Shown: positions 10,808-21,273 of the stretch, piece by piece | How the letters are laid out: the number at the start of each line of letters is the position of its first letter | How positions within the stretch are numbered: the stretch's first letter is position 1 | Virus record (IMG/VR): IMGVR_UViG_3300021142_002226 | Location: 64,001-128,000 of that record | Source of the DNA: a virus | Length of the DNA stretch: 64,000 nt | Reading direction: 5' to 3' (one strand) | Program-made: the position numbers and the translations under genes | The notes under the pieces: model-generated | Told to the model about the DNA's origin: nothing | The model's database searches: none | Seen by the model: the letters and a program-made list of their open reading frames with translations, nothing else

Positions 10808-13800
10808 TTATTTTACAGGAGGAACAATACTTGAATATTGATATGTTAAAATATTATTCGTAGCATTATTTATTGCATTAATTGTAGTACCTGATGGACT
10901 ATTATTAATAGAACTATTAATTTTGGTATTTATTTGACTATAATTTTTCAATCTAACCTTAACACTATAATCAGAATCACCACCTTTTAACATTGTTCCA
11001 GATGATAATTTTAATTTTTGTGGTGTTGATGGATTTGAGTTAGCCAATGAATTAAAAGCTGTATTTGCATATGTTGTGTATGGTGCTGTTAATTTATTCA
11101 AATAAACAGCATTTAAATTATTAAATTCAGTCAGTATACTTTGATTATATTTATCAACATTATTGAAAAAATCGTTTAATATTTTTTTAATATTATCCAG
11201 TTTTTTAGATTTTTGTTTGTCAGTTAAATCAAGTTTATTAATATTTGTTGTATACGATGTCATCATAGCATTTACATGTGTATCTTTGTTTACAAATAAT
11301 GTATTAAAAAAATCCATCATGCTTGCTTCGGATAATGAACTCATAAGATAACCATTTACTTGACCTTTCAATGAATTTAAATTCATTTTAGTTGTTATAT
11401 CTGGGGTTGTGCCTGACAAAATATAATCAATATATGAATCAGTCAAACTGATTGTATAATTTAACACACTGGATAAATTATTCACATTTGTATTGAATTC
11501 CGAATCATTTGAATTAACTGATATTACATTATAATAATCATAGGATGATACACCATTTGCTGTACTGTTTGCTGGAAAAAGCAAATTATAAAGATCTTCA
11601 GTAACACTTGGTGTGTTTTTTTCCATTCTTACTTTTAAAGAATCTTGAGTACTTTTGATTGTAATTTGGTAATTTTGTGAATAATCATTCAAAATTAAAC
11701 CCAGAGTTTTGTTTGAAAATTCCAAAAATTCATGTGATAATTTTTCAAAAACATAAGTCAACTGGTATTTGTTTTGTAAATATGTTCCTTGACTATTAAC
11801 ATTTTTTAATGAAGGTATCAACCCTTGAAATTGGTAATCTACCACATTAGTTTGTTGGTCAAATTGGATTTGAGGTGTGGTAATTGAAAGATCAAAACTT
11901 TTTAATTCATAATTCGTTATATCACCTGTAGTAGTAATATTATTATCAATATCATCATTTTTTGGTAAAACCATATTTGCATCTATAGTTTTGAAATTTG
12001 TGTTATTCAATAACAATGGTGAATCAATAAACGTATTATCATTTGAAATTTGTCTAAAATAGTAGTAACCATTACCTAACATAAATTTAGTATTATCGTC
12101 CGATTTATAATTATAAACACGGCTCAAATCTATAATACTGTTAGATGATGTTCCAGTGTAATTATATATTGTTAAATATTGAGAAAAAGGATCATAACCA
12201 AACAATTGTGATACAGGTGTTTTTATTTTATTTTCGTTTCTAATAATCTCATATAATTGATTAACTTTACTATTTGTTGTTGTACCATCATACCCTGACA
12301 ACACAGCATTAATTCCTGAAAGATAGGTGTTAAATGAATATATATTGTTTGTTTGATCAATATTTTTTTGTTGTTTGGTTAATAATAAATTATTTGTATA
12401 ATTACTAAGTTGTGTTGAAATGTAATTTTGAAAGATTATTTTTAAATCTTTAGAATTCAATTCCTTATTATATCTATCAAATAAACCAGTGTCTATAAAC
12501 CAATATACAAGTAAATCATTATACAATTTATTTGTTATATCTATATTAAAATGTGTGATCAAAGCTTTTGTGTAATCATAATTTGTTGGTTTTTTCAAAT
12601 ACAAACCTGCTACATCTGAAGAATCGTATTCACCATCCGTCATATATCCTGGATTATATGATTGTCCAGTAAATACTGAAGATATTTTTGCTGTTGGGTT
12701 AAATCTTGGTGTTGTATAATACAGCATCTGAGGGTATAAATGTAATTGAGTTCCATAAAGATTATTAAAACTTGAACCACCAAACTGGCTATAATCACAA
12801 TAATCTTTTACATTAACATAGTTACTATATTTTGCTTTAGAACCAAAAAAACTATTAACAGTTGTTGTATCCGTTGTTCCACCAGTAACAATATTTTTAA
12901 TTATATTGTCCATGAATGTTTTATCATCATTATCTGTCGCTCCAGTATAATTTATATTCAATATTTTTGATAATAAAAATGATGATTGATTTGATGAATC
13001 AAATACTAATGAATCAGAATAATTCAAAACATTAGTTATAAACGAATCATAAAAGTTAGTGAATAGTTTTTTATAATTAACATTAAATATTTCAATTGAT
13101 GCGTTCTGACCATATTCTGATATATAACTCGCTTCACCAAAATTTGTGTTAGTCAATAAAGTCCATGCTGTGGTATAAATTAATGGTTTACCAGCAACGT
13201 TTAATTGTGCATTATTATTAACTTTATCATCGAATAGTCTTTGATAATAATTTTGTCCATAAATACCTGGATTTTCCGTTGGGTCGTAAGAAAATGCATA
13301 TGGTTGAAATACAATAGAAATATCATAAATAATACCAACACTCTTAGCCAATGAATAATTATTACCAGACAAATCTATCAAATCTTTTGTTGTTGTATCT
13401 GGAACACCAATGGTGCCTTTTGGAACATCGTATGTAGAATCTGGTATTTGGTATTCTTTAGCTTTTTGTACAATCGGTATTAAATCGAGAGTATTATTAT
13501 CAAAAAATGATGTTTCTTGATTTACTAATTGTCTTTCTACTGGATCAATATTAGCGGAAGTTCTTGAATCATATACATCAGCATTTGCATAATAATTGAA
13601 TGATAATGCATTTTGTAATTCATTTATAGGTGTTCTTAAACCTGATCCACCAATATATTTAAAACTTAAACTGACGTTAGCGATCATTGGTTGTACACCT
13701 ATACCTTCTGGATTTAAATCAAAAACCAAAGGTTCATATGATATATTACAAGAATTTATCAAAATTTTTGTGTTATAGAAATCGCCAATTCTTAATACGC

Positions 13801-16800
13801 AAACAGGTGGTTTACCAAAAACTGTATTTGTTGCGTCACATGATTCATTCTGTGAATTTAATATTGTATCACCAGGTCTAAGACACTGTTGTAAAAAAGT
13901 TAAACGTGAGTTCAACCCTTCTGGAGTCATAGAGTGAAATGCTGGTGTAAAATATTTCAATTTTTCTTTCACCGAATTATATACAGTTGGGGTATTCGCT
14001 TGTAAATATTCAAAATAATCCGCCTCAGTGATTAACCTATTAAGAATTCTTTGCGCTATTTCTCTTTTAGTTATATTTGTGGCGTTTGTCGGTTGTTGGC
14101 TTGATACCTGCGTTGGATTTGCATTAGTTTTTGTTTCAGTTTTTGGTGGATCTGGATTAACTTCCAATGATACTTTTAGGTTAACCTTTCTTGAATACGA
14201 AGCTTGTATTGACAAAACAGAACAAACTATATCAGCTTGACTGTATGATTGTATTTTAGGTTGCAAACAACCAACAAGATCACTTGTAACATTACTATAT
14301 GTTTTACCCTCAGCAGTAGTTATATTACCACCGAAAAAATTTATAGCTGTTAATAAAAGTTTTCTATTATCTTCTGTGTCAGTACAATAATATGTAACTG
14401 TATTTGGAGCTTTACCATATGGTATCCTTACCATAGGTATTGTAGTAAATGAAGCAGTCAATACATTTTCAGGTGTACTAACAGCTTTCATGGAATCTAT
14501 CGCACTTATTTGTGTTGGCGAATTTAAAACAAATATCACCTTATCTTTCTTATTCTCACCATTAGAAGGTCTAACAAAACTTACTTTTGTACCAGTCAAG
14601 TATTTTTCAATATTATCTGGTGTTAAAACATCGTTGGTAGTTTCAACAGTCAAATCTTTAAAAATGTTAAATGCTAACCATTTTATAACACTTTTAAATT
14701 TTCTGATACCAAGTTTTGTATTGAAATCAACATCTTGACTATCCAGAGCACTTGTGAATGAATCAACAGTAATTGTTATATTATTACCTCTGTTGTTTGC
14801 ATAACTTGTTATTTGATCTCTAAAATTTGTAAAACTTTGATATAGTTGATAATATGGTGCAGAACCTTTCGGTAATTGGCTAAAATATCCGTCTTCACTA
14901 TTAGAACCTATAACCTGATCATATTTTACGAAATAAGCATATGATTTACCTTTTTTAGATTCAGCAGATTGAACAGATGGGTCAGCAATAGATAGTTTAT
15001 AATAAGTATCAAAATATGTATCGTATGTATTAACATTAGCATCCTCAGTATCCAATGGTGTTTGATTTTCGAAAAATAAATCAGCTTGGATAGTTGGAAT
15101 AATTGGTGGCGTAGTTGTATCCTGAGTTACTTGTGCTGTGGGTTCTTTAGCATCACTTTGATCAAGTTTTGATTTGATATCAGCATTAGCTTTTGTTGTT
15201 TGAATTTCACCAATTACTCTTTCAAAATATGCAATATCTTTATTACTAAAAACACCCCAGATTCTTGCTAATTCAAATATATCAAAATTCGTGCAACCAG
15301 CCCAGAATGAATCAAGTATCTCATCCACTACAGTGTCTGGATAATTCTTTAATTCTTTTTGAGTTAATATATTTAGTATTGATGGATGGTCAACAACAAT
15401 TTTGAATGAAAGGGTACCTTGTCTTTCAGTATTATTATATGTATATATTGGTTCTGGTCTTCCTAAAAATTGATGTGAAGTCCAATTCACAGATGTATCA
15501 TCTGTGAATTTAATATCGTATGGTGGAAACCACATTATTCTACCACCGTTAGGCCCAACTTCAAATGGTTTGAGGTCATAATCCCCTTTCCATTTATTTT
15601 GTCCCCTCCAAGCAAGATTCTCAATTGAGAACATATATTTTTTAGCATTTCCAGCTGATTTATCTGATTTTGTATAATTTATGTTCGTTTCTGATGGGAA
15701 AATACTATAATTGTTATATCTATCCAAAACAGAATTTCTTTCAAGTCTTAATAATTCCGTAAATCTCATCAAATTTAACGTACCAGAATAAGGTCTTACT
15801 TTAGTCCAAGTTCTACAAAATTCTGCATTGTCTCGCATATTATTAACATCATCTCTGGTACCATTATATAATCCAGGTACAGAATAATTATTACCTATTA
15901 CATTACCAGCATCATCCTTTCTTTGTGTTTTTGCAGTAGCTAAAACACCACTACCTTTAGAGTATAGACTATAACCATCAAACAATTTAGTTTTTGTTTG
16001 GTCTATCACCAAATTTATTGGATTACTATTATCATCTGCCTTTTCAAGAAGTCTTTGTGTTTTAAATAATATCGAGCATTCTCTGAAACGGTCATAATAA
16101 TTATCACTACCAGCTTTCGAAAGAATTCTTTCAGCATCGTTATTGTTACTGTCAATTTTACTTACCGTATCGTAATTTATATTACCCTTAGAATCAGATG
16201 ATACTGTTTGAGGATCATAAAATGTTTCTTGATAATCTGTTTTGTGCCATATAAAATCAGTATTTAATGAACCATATTTTGCCGTTTCATTCAACCCTGG
16301 TTCATAATATGTGGTTCCATCAAGATAGTTTGTTGATATAATTTTTGTAATTTCTTCAGGACTCTTAACTTGATCACCCTCAGAATCTTGTAAAGCAAAA
16401 AATGGTGCTGATTTAATATCTCCAAAATAATATCTTGATTGCGGTTTTTTACCGCCAGTCATACCAAGGAAACCTGTAACACCACCGATAGCTTGCAATG
16501 TTTTATCTATCGCTTGGAAAATACCACTTTGGTATTGTGGGTCATAATTGGGTGCATATTTATTGAAATAAATGTTTGAAAATAATTGGAATTTTTGCCC
16601 ACTACCAGTATTACTCAAAAATGCTACATCTTCAGAATTATCATATCCTTGTTTGGACATACCAAAAGCATCATTAAGCAATTTACCTAAAGCTGATTTA
16701 TCTGTTGTTGTAACACTTTGATCTGAAGTATTAAAACATCCTGGTGTAAGTGTAGGTTTACTTTTTAAATTCAAATACGTTATAATATCTGTGGCTCCAA

Positions 16801-17713
16801 CTAACGAACTTGTAAATAATGCTGCATATCCGATTGGATTATTTGGAACTGTTATATTATAGTTTTTAGCAATAAGATTATTTGATGGGTCTTTTAATAT
16901 ATTAATTGCTTGTGCTGGGTCAGCTAACGCATCATTAATATTTGTTAATGGAGAATCTGAAAGTATATTTTGTTGTATTCTTGTTTCGAAAGCAGATTTT
17001 AATTCTAATGCAGCAATATTCATCAATAACGTTTCGTTTTGAAGAACCTTACCAGAATAATTTATATAACTTACAGGGTCAATTGTGAAATCAATAGCAG
17101 AGTTTTTATTTACATTTATTCCAAGGATATCTTGTGGTGTATATTGCGTAACATAATAATCTCTACTTAATTGACCATTATCGTCAACATACGGTGTTTG
17201 TGGTGCATTAGGTTTTAATGTATTTGTATTAAATACATCAAATGTTTGTGGAATATATTTATTTAAATTAGCATTTAGTTTTAATGAATAATCTGAAGAT
17301 AAATCATATAAACTTGAAACAGATTGTAATGTTGGTATTGAATAGTCACTAATCACAGCAAGTTTACCAATACCATCGGCCAAAGCTTGGTACGTATAAC
17401 CTAAACTATCGTTTCCTTCAGTTATAGCTGAAAAATCACTTTTATTTAGAGGTCTATTTCTATTCAAAATTTTATTTCTAACTTTATCAGCTTCACTGGT
17501 TATATCCCCTGGATTTTTTACGCTGAAATTATCAATAACAGTATCCCTACCTAAAGAATATTCATAAGCTTGTAAAGCTCCGATTCCTTCAGTACTAACC
17601 AAACCGAGAACAATATCTGGTGGTGTTTTTAAATTCAATTTTAGAATATTATCTCTAAATTGTTGCGATGTGTTCTTTAAACCAAGTGAACTTTCTGGTG
17701 TTTGACTGCTCAT
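10808..17713 (-). CDS. Very large baseplate protein with two tube-initiator-like domains and a degenerate OmpA-like domain
   Basis: 2301 aa. Tube-like motifs WFPPYDIKFTDDTSVNWTSHQFLGRPEPIYTYNNTERQGTLSF and PPVCVLRIGDFYNTKILINSCNISYEP...ANVSLSFKYIGG. Lies directly downstream of the tape measure gene. Confidence 0.6.
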   Translation of the reverse strand: MSSQTPESSLGLKNTSQQFRDNILKLNLKTPPDIVLGLVSTEGIGALQAYEYSLGRDTVIDNFSVKNPGDITSEADKVRNKILNRNRPLNKSDFSAITEGNDSLGYTYQALADGIGKLAVISDYSIPTLQSVSSLYDLSSDYSLKLNANLNKYIPQTFDVFNTNTLKPNAPQTPYVDDNGQLSRDYYVTQYTPQDILGINVNKNSAIDFTIDPVSYINYSGKVLQNETLLMNIAALELKSAFETRIQQNILSDSPLTNINDALADPAQAINILKDPSNNLIAKNYNITVPNNPIGYAALFTSSLVGATDIITYLNLKSKPTLTPGCFNTSDQSVTTTDKSALGKLLNDAFGMSKQGYDNSEDVAFLSNTGSGQKFQLFSNIYFNKYAPNYDPQYQSGIFQAIDKTLQAIGGVTGFLGMTGGKKPQSRYYFGDIKSAPFFALQDSEGDQVKSPEEITKIISTNYLDGTTYYEPGLNETAKYGSLNTDFIWHKTDYQETFYDPQTVSSDSKGNINYDTVSKIDSNNNDAERILSKAGSDNYYDRFRECSILFKTQRLLEKADDNSNPINLVIDQTKTKLFDGYSLYSKGSGVLATAKTQRKDDAGNVIGNNYSVPGLYNGTRDDVNNMRDNAEFCRTWTKVRPYSGTLNLMRFTELLRLERNSVLDRYNNYSIFPSETNINYTKSDKSAGNAKKYMFSIENLAWRGQNKWKGDYDLKPFEVGPNGGRIMWFPPYDIKFTDDTSVNWTSHQFLGRPEPIYTYNNTERQGTLSFKIVVDHPSILNILTQKELKNYPDTVVDEILDSFWAGCTNFDIFELARIWGVFSNKDIAYFERVIGEIQTTKANADIKSKLDQSDAKEPTAQVTQDTTTPPIIPTIQADLFFENQTPLDTEDANVNTYDTYFDTYYKLSIADPSVQSAESKKGKSYAYFVKYDQVIGSNSEDGYFSQLPKGSAPYYQLYQSFTNFRDQITSYANNRGNNITITVDSFTSALDSQDVDFNTKLGIRKFKSVIKWLAFNIFKDLTVETTNDVLTPDNIEKYLTGTKVSFVRPSNGENKKDKVIFVLNSPTQISAIDSMKAVSTPENVLTASFTTIPMVRIPYGKAPNTVTYYCTDTEDNRKLLLTAINFFGGNITTAEGKTYSNVTSDLVGCLQPKIQSYSQADIVCSVLSIQASYSRKVNLKVSLEVNPDPPKTETKTNANPTQVSSQQPTNATNITKREIAQRILNRLITEADYFEYLQANTPTVYNSVKEKLKYFTPAFHSMTPEGLNSRLTFLQQCLRPGDTILNSQNESCDATNTVFGKPPVCVLRIGDFYNTKILINSCNISYEPLVFDLNPEGIGVQPMIANVSLSFKYIGGSGLRTPINELQNALSFNYYANADVYDSRTSANIDPVERQLVNQETSFFDNNTLDLIPIVQKAKEYQIPDSTYDVPKGTIGVPDTTTKDLIDLSGNNYSLAKSVGIIYDISIVFQPYAFSYDPTENPGIYGQNYYQRLFDDKVNNNAQLNVAGKPLIYTTAWTLLTNTNFGEASYISEYGQNASIEIFNVNYKKLFTNFYDSFITNVLNYSDSLVFDSSNQSSFLLSKILNINYTGATDNDDKTFMDNIIKNIVTGGTTDTTTVNSFFGSKAKYSNYVNVKDYCDYSQFGGSSFNNLYGTQLHLYPQMLYYTTPRFNPTAKISSVFTGQSYNPGYMTDGEYDSSDVAGLYLKKPTNYDYTKALITHFNIDITNKLYNDLLVYWFIDTGLFDRYNKELNSKDLKIIFQNYISTQLSNYTNNLLLTKQQKNIDQTNNIYSFNTYLSGINAVLSGYDGTTTNSKVNQLYEIIRNENKIKTPVSQLFGYDPFSQYLTIYNYTGTSSNSIIDLSRVYNYKSDDNTKFMLGNGYYYFRQISNDNTFIDSPLLLNNTNFKTIDANMVLPKNDDIDNNITTTGDITNYELKSFDLSITTPQIQFDQQTNVVDYQFQGLIPSLKNVNSQGTYLQNKYQLTYVFEKLSHEFLEFSNKTLGLILNDYSQNYQITIKSTQDSLKVRMEKNTPSVTEDLYNLLFPANSTANGVSSYDYYNVISVNSNDSEFNTNVNNLSSVLNYTISLTDSYIDYILSGTTPDITTKMNLNSLKGQVNGYLMSSLSEASMMDFFNTLFVNKDTHVNAMMTSYTTNINKLDLTDKQKSKKLDNIKKILNDFFNNVDKYNQSILTEFNNLNAVYLNKLTAPYTTYANTAFNSLANSNPSTPQKLKLSSGTMLKGGDSDYSVKVRLKNYSQINTKINSSINNSPSGTTINAINNATNNILTYQYSSIVPPVK

Positions 17714-17714
17714 A

Positions 17715-20279
17715 TTATCTTGCTATTGGTGCGATTGGCATTTTTTGGTTATTATATCCTGAGTTACCTTTACTTACCCCATCGGTTATACTGTTTATGT
17801 ATGTTCCCAAAGTGTATCTACCAATCTTTTCTAAATCGTTTATTGTTATTTCTTTACCGTCCTCAGATCTAACGGTTATTGTTCCGCTATGTTTTATTTC
17901 TCCAGAACTATTACCACTATTATTTGTTAATCCAGCTTGGTCAAATAAGACTCCAATATCACCTTTTCCACCTTTAAATACTCTTCCTCCTGGTGTCATT
18001 AATGCATCATTAGTTGGTTCTGGTAATGCATCATTAGTTGGTTCTGGTTTTGATGTTGCGAGACCGACAGCTCCGCCTATTCCAGCGCCTACGGCAGCTC
18101 CACCTTGCATAAGAGGTAATATTGTTCCTATTGTAGCTCCGCCTGAAAGAATTGCTCCACCAATACCAACAGCTAAACCAGCAGCTCCACCAATTATTGC
18201 ACCAGTTTTTGCACCTTTTATTGTATCCCAAATACTTTTTATTGATAAATCATCTTCATGTTCTTTTATATCACCAAGATATTTATTTTTTTCATCTGGG
18301 TTTACAACATTTTCAAAACCTTTTCTATTTTTATAATTTTTATCAACATCCAATAATAATTTTTCACCCATTCTACTTATACTATCAAAACCTGTAGCTT
18401 TACCAATTGACATTAATAAATTACCCATAGCTTGCTCAAGATATGGTGCAATTAAATCCCATACACCCTTAAGTAATGCTACAATACCTTCTTTTATTTT
18501 ATCCATAAAAGAAGCTTTACCAGAAAATATATCAATTAATGTACTCGAAATACTTTTTACTTTTTCTATCACATCATTTAACATTTTACCCATTCTTCCA
18601 CTATCCCCAAATAAATCCTTTATTTTCGGTATAATAAAATTGATAAAATCATCCGTAAATTTACTTACTGTGTCTATGAAACCGCTATCTTCAAGTTTAT
18701 TGAAAATTTCAGCAAACACCTGACTGAATGAATTATAAATCCTTTCTAAAGGTATTTTTAATCTTTCCATGAAATTCAAACGATCTTGTGCTGCTTTTTC
18801 ATCCTTTTTTCTTGATTCAATAATGCTTTCGAATTCGTCTTTGCTTGTTAATGATGTAAGTAATTTGTTTGCACCATCAGATGTTTTGATATAATATTGT
18901 TTATCCTTATCATTAAATGTTACTAAATTAGCTAATGCTTGTTTGTCTTCATCAGAAAACATACCACTCATACCAGCTTTAGTTAACGCACCCATCTTAT
19001 CAGCTAATTTAGCTTGTTCAAGCGCACCATTTTTAAGTTGTTCAAAATCCACTCCGAGATTTCCAGCAGCTTCTTTTAATAGTTTCATTTGTGCTGGTGG
19101 AATATAGAAAATACCTTGTGCGTTTTTAGTTGCAAGACCCTTAGTCATATCCATCAAGTCTTTCAATAATTCATCTGGAGAATTTTGTGCCTTAAACATT
19201 AACGTGAATGCATCACCAAATTTATCAGCAAATGAACCACCTAATACTTGCATTTTTGCTGCCGCTTCTACAGCACCCTCTGGATCAAAAAATGCATCCG
19301 ACATTTTTTCTGCAATACCAGTTAAATCCATTCTTAATTGTACAGCTTGTGTTGCTAATTTAGTCATATTTTCAAGGCCACTTTTCATAGCGAATCCTGT
19401 CAATCCGTTTACTAACGATGAATAACTATCGAGAACTTTTTTACTATTTAACCCAAGTTTTGCCGCTTCATTTGTTGCTTTATTTGTTATATCATTAACT
19501 TTTTTGATACTGACACCAATATTACTGAATTGTGCAGCCAATTCTGTAGCACCATCTATACCTAACGCTGTTGACCTACCTATTTTTTCAATCAAGTCAA
19601 CATCTTCTTTATCAAAAATTTTATTTTTACCTGTAGTATCACTAAAATTTTGCATCATGTTGGTGACATCTTCCATTGAACCACCATATTTTATAGCAAC
19701 ATCAGTAAGTTCAGTCATATTTAACAGAAGACCTTTGGATTCTGCCCTTGTTAAACCAATATCAGCTGCCATATTACCAACAGCTTTTTGCATGGCCATG
19801 TATCTATCAAAAGCTTGAGATAATATACTTTTAGCTAAAGACCATAAATTACCAAGAATACTATTAACCATTCCAGCTATAGAGCCAACAATATTTTTTG
19901 CCGCATCAAGAATACCTCCGAATATGTCTTTCAAACCTCCCAAAATATCACCTGAAAATAATTTTGCAACACCTGTAAATGTACTTTTAAATAAACCACC
20001 AGTTGCCATTGCAACGCTTCTCATACCTCCTAATAGAATTGGACCAATACCAAGTGTAACTTTATTTAATGACTCGCCAAAAGAAGCTGCACTACCTTTT
20101 AACTGACTTGTTAATGTATTAGTACCTGTACTTAAATCTGGTAACTTAATTTTACCCCTCTCACCATAGCTACCACCACCACCTTTTGATTTAGGCATTT
20201 TAGCTTCACCCTGTGTAACAAGTTTTTGTAATAAATTTACAATATCATTACTTTTATCATTATTTGTATTGTCAGCCAT
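17715..20279 (-). CDS. Tail tape measure protein
   Basis: 854 aa, helical and A/G/L/K-rich, with a glycine-zipper hydrophobic segment near the C-terminus. Lies between the tail chaperone and baseplate genes. Confidence 0.8.
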   Translation of the reverse strand: MADNTNNDKSNDIVNLLQKLVTQGEAKMPKSKGGGGSYGERGKIKLPDLSTGTNTLTSQLKGSAASFGESLNKVTLGIGPILLGGMRSVAMATGGLFKSTFTGVAKLFSGDILGGLKDIFGGILDAAKNIVGSIAGMVNSILGNLWSLAKSILSQAFDRYMAMQKAVGNMAADIGLTRAESKGLLLNMTELTDVAIKYGGSMEDVTNMMQNFSDTTGKNKIFDKEDVDLIEKIGRSTALGIDGATELAAQFSNIGVSIKKVNDITNKATNEAAKLGLNSKKVLDSYSSLVNGLTGFAMKSGLENMTKLATQAVQLRMDLTGIAEKMSDAFFDPEGAVEAAAKMQVLGGSFADKFGDAFTLMFKAQNSPDELLKDLMDMTKGLATKNAQGIFYIPPAQMKLLKEAAGNLGVDFEQLKNGALEQAKLADKMGALTKAGMSGMFSDEDKQALANLVTFNDKDKQYYIKTSDGANKLLTSLTSKDEFESIIESRKKDEKAAQDRLNFMERLKIPLERIYNSFSQVFAEIFNKLEDSGFIDTVSKFTDDFINFIIPKIKDLFGDSGRMGKMLNDVIEKVKSISSTLIDIFSGKASFMDKIKEGIVALLKGVWDLIAPYLEQAMGNLLMSIGKATGFDSISRMGEKLLLDVDKNYKNRKGFENVVNPDEKNKYLGDIKEHEDDLSIKSIWDTIKGAKTGAIIGGAAGLAVGIGGAILSGGATIGTILPLMQGGAAVGAGIGGAVGLATSKPEPTNDALPEPTNDALMTPGGRVFKGGKGDIGVLFDQAGLTNNSGNSSGEIKHSGTITVRSEDGKEITINDLEKIGRYTLGTYINSITDGVSKGNSGYNNQKMPIAPIAR
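18001..18048. repeat. Perfect 24-bp tandem duplication in the tape measure gene
   Basis: aatgcatcattagttggttctggt occurs twice in tandem, encoding PEPTNDAL-PEPTNDAL. Confidence 0.9.
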
Positions 20280-20295
20280 ACAATCGTTTCTTTTC

Positions 20296-20303
20296 TATAA
20301 ATA
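20296..20303 (-). promoter_or_regulatory. Putative late promoter TATTTATA for the tape measure gene
   Basis: Recurrent octamer, 16 nt upstream of the ATG at 20279. Confidence 0.5.
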
Positions 20304-20312
20304 GTTTATAAT

Positions 20313-20344
20313 AAAAAAAACCAATTACATATTATAATTGGTTT
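20313..20344 (-). terminator. Rho-independent terminator
   Basis: Stem aaaccaatta/taattggttt with a 7-nt loop and a T-run on the minus strand, at the stop codon of the small chaperone ORF. Confidence 0.6.
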
Positions 20345-20504
20345 AATTTGTATTTTTACTTGCTTGTTCAGCTCTTTCTTGTCTTTTTTCCGCTTCTGTA
20401 ATAAGATGATCTAACATTATTTTTCTTTCATAAACTGGCATTATCAATAAATCTGAATATGAAAATCTACCATGTTTTATCAAAAGATAAAACTCATAAA
20501 TCAT
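20343..20504 (-). CDS. Small tail assembly chaperone-associated ORF (T-like); frame is open upstream to 20630
   Basis: MIYEFYLLIKHGRFSYSDLLIMPVYERKIMLDHLITEAEKRQ... The 'S...LLIMPVYER' pattern is typical of the ORF between a tail chaperone and the tape measure gene. Confidence 0.65.
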   Translation of the reverse strand: MIYEFYLLIKHGRFSYSDLLIMPVYERKIMLDHLITEAEKRQERAEQASKNTN

Positions 20505-20511
20505 ATCATAC

Positions 20512-21273
20512 TTATACGTTGAGGTAGGGCCAAAGAAACTTGGTTGTGATGGGAAGTTCACCAAAAAAAAACTCACCACTCGGTGCTTCAACATTGATAC
20601 GTGTATCAAGTCCTGGTTCATTGTCAACAATGAATTTTCTTAGTTGGGAAGCTTCAATTGGCATCATATTGTTAACAAACTCAATTATTTGTTGTTTATC
20701 TCTAATACCATCAATCTCCATAACCTGAGCTTGCAATCTCTTTGTTAAAAGTTCCGATACAGCATTCACACCCATTTTTTTTCTCTTAGCTTCATCTTCT
20801 TTAGCAATAATATCTTCTTCATCAGATGTTAAATATCTATATTTTATAACTTTCTTAGTTTTTGGTAATTGGAAAGTTATTTCACCATTTTGGTCTGGCT
20901 CAACACTAATTTCTTTAGCTTGAAAAGTACTGATGTCAACTTCTGTTTCAAAATTTTCTTTGGTTTTTGGGTCTACCAATTCAACTGAATACATTTCACC
21001 ATACCCAGTAGCTCTTAACCAAAATAAGATAGCATTTCTGTCACAAGCAAGCATATCTTTAGGTCTCAAATCTTTATCCAATACTTTCTTATCCAATAAC
21101 ATATCCAATACTTTTCCAGATTGAATAAGATTTGGTGAAGTTAAAAGGTTTTCATCCGATGCTGTTAAATATGCAACTTTTACAGCAGCTTTTTTATTTT
21201 TGTAAAATAAACCACCTGAAGGTAAAGCAATTACATCATGTGCTGGTTCGATAATTTGTTGAAAATCATTCAT
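20512..21273 (-). CDS. Tail/baseplate assembly chaperone (T4 gp26-like)
   Basis: 253 aa. 'DVIALPSGGLFY...VAYLTASDENLLTSPNL...DRNAILFWLRATGYG' pattern and position upstream of the tape measure gene. Confidence 0.7.
   Translation of the reverse strand: MNDFQQIIEPAHDVIALPSGGLFYKNKKAAVKVAYLTASDENLLTSPNLIQSGKVLDMLLDKKVLDKDLRPKDMLACDRNAILFWLRATGYGEMYSVELVDPKTKENFETEVDISTFQAKEISVEPDQNGEITFQLPKTKKVIKYRYLTSDEEDIIAKEDEAKRKKMGVNAVSELLTKRLQAQVMEIDGIRDKQQIIEFVNNMMPIEASQLRKFIVDNEPGLDTRINVEAPSGEFFFGELPITTKFLWPYLNV

Noticed and set aside
17668-18336. 222-aa plus-strand ORF
   Set aside because: Antisense shadow of the Gly/Ala-rich end of the tape measure gene. Most other short track ORFs lying opposite or inside long genes were rejected for the same reason.
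20555-20571. Canonical -1 frameshift in the chaperone gene
   Set aside because: The -1 frame reads TGG TGA straight after the T-run; only the +1/-2 frame is open.
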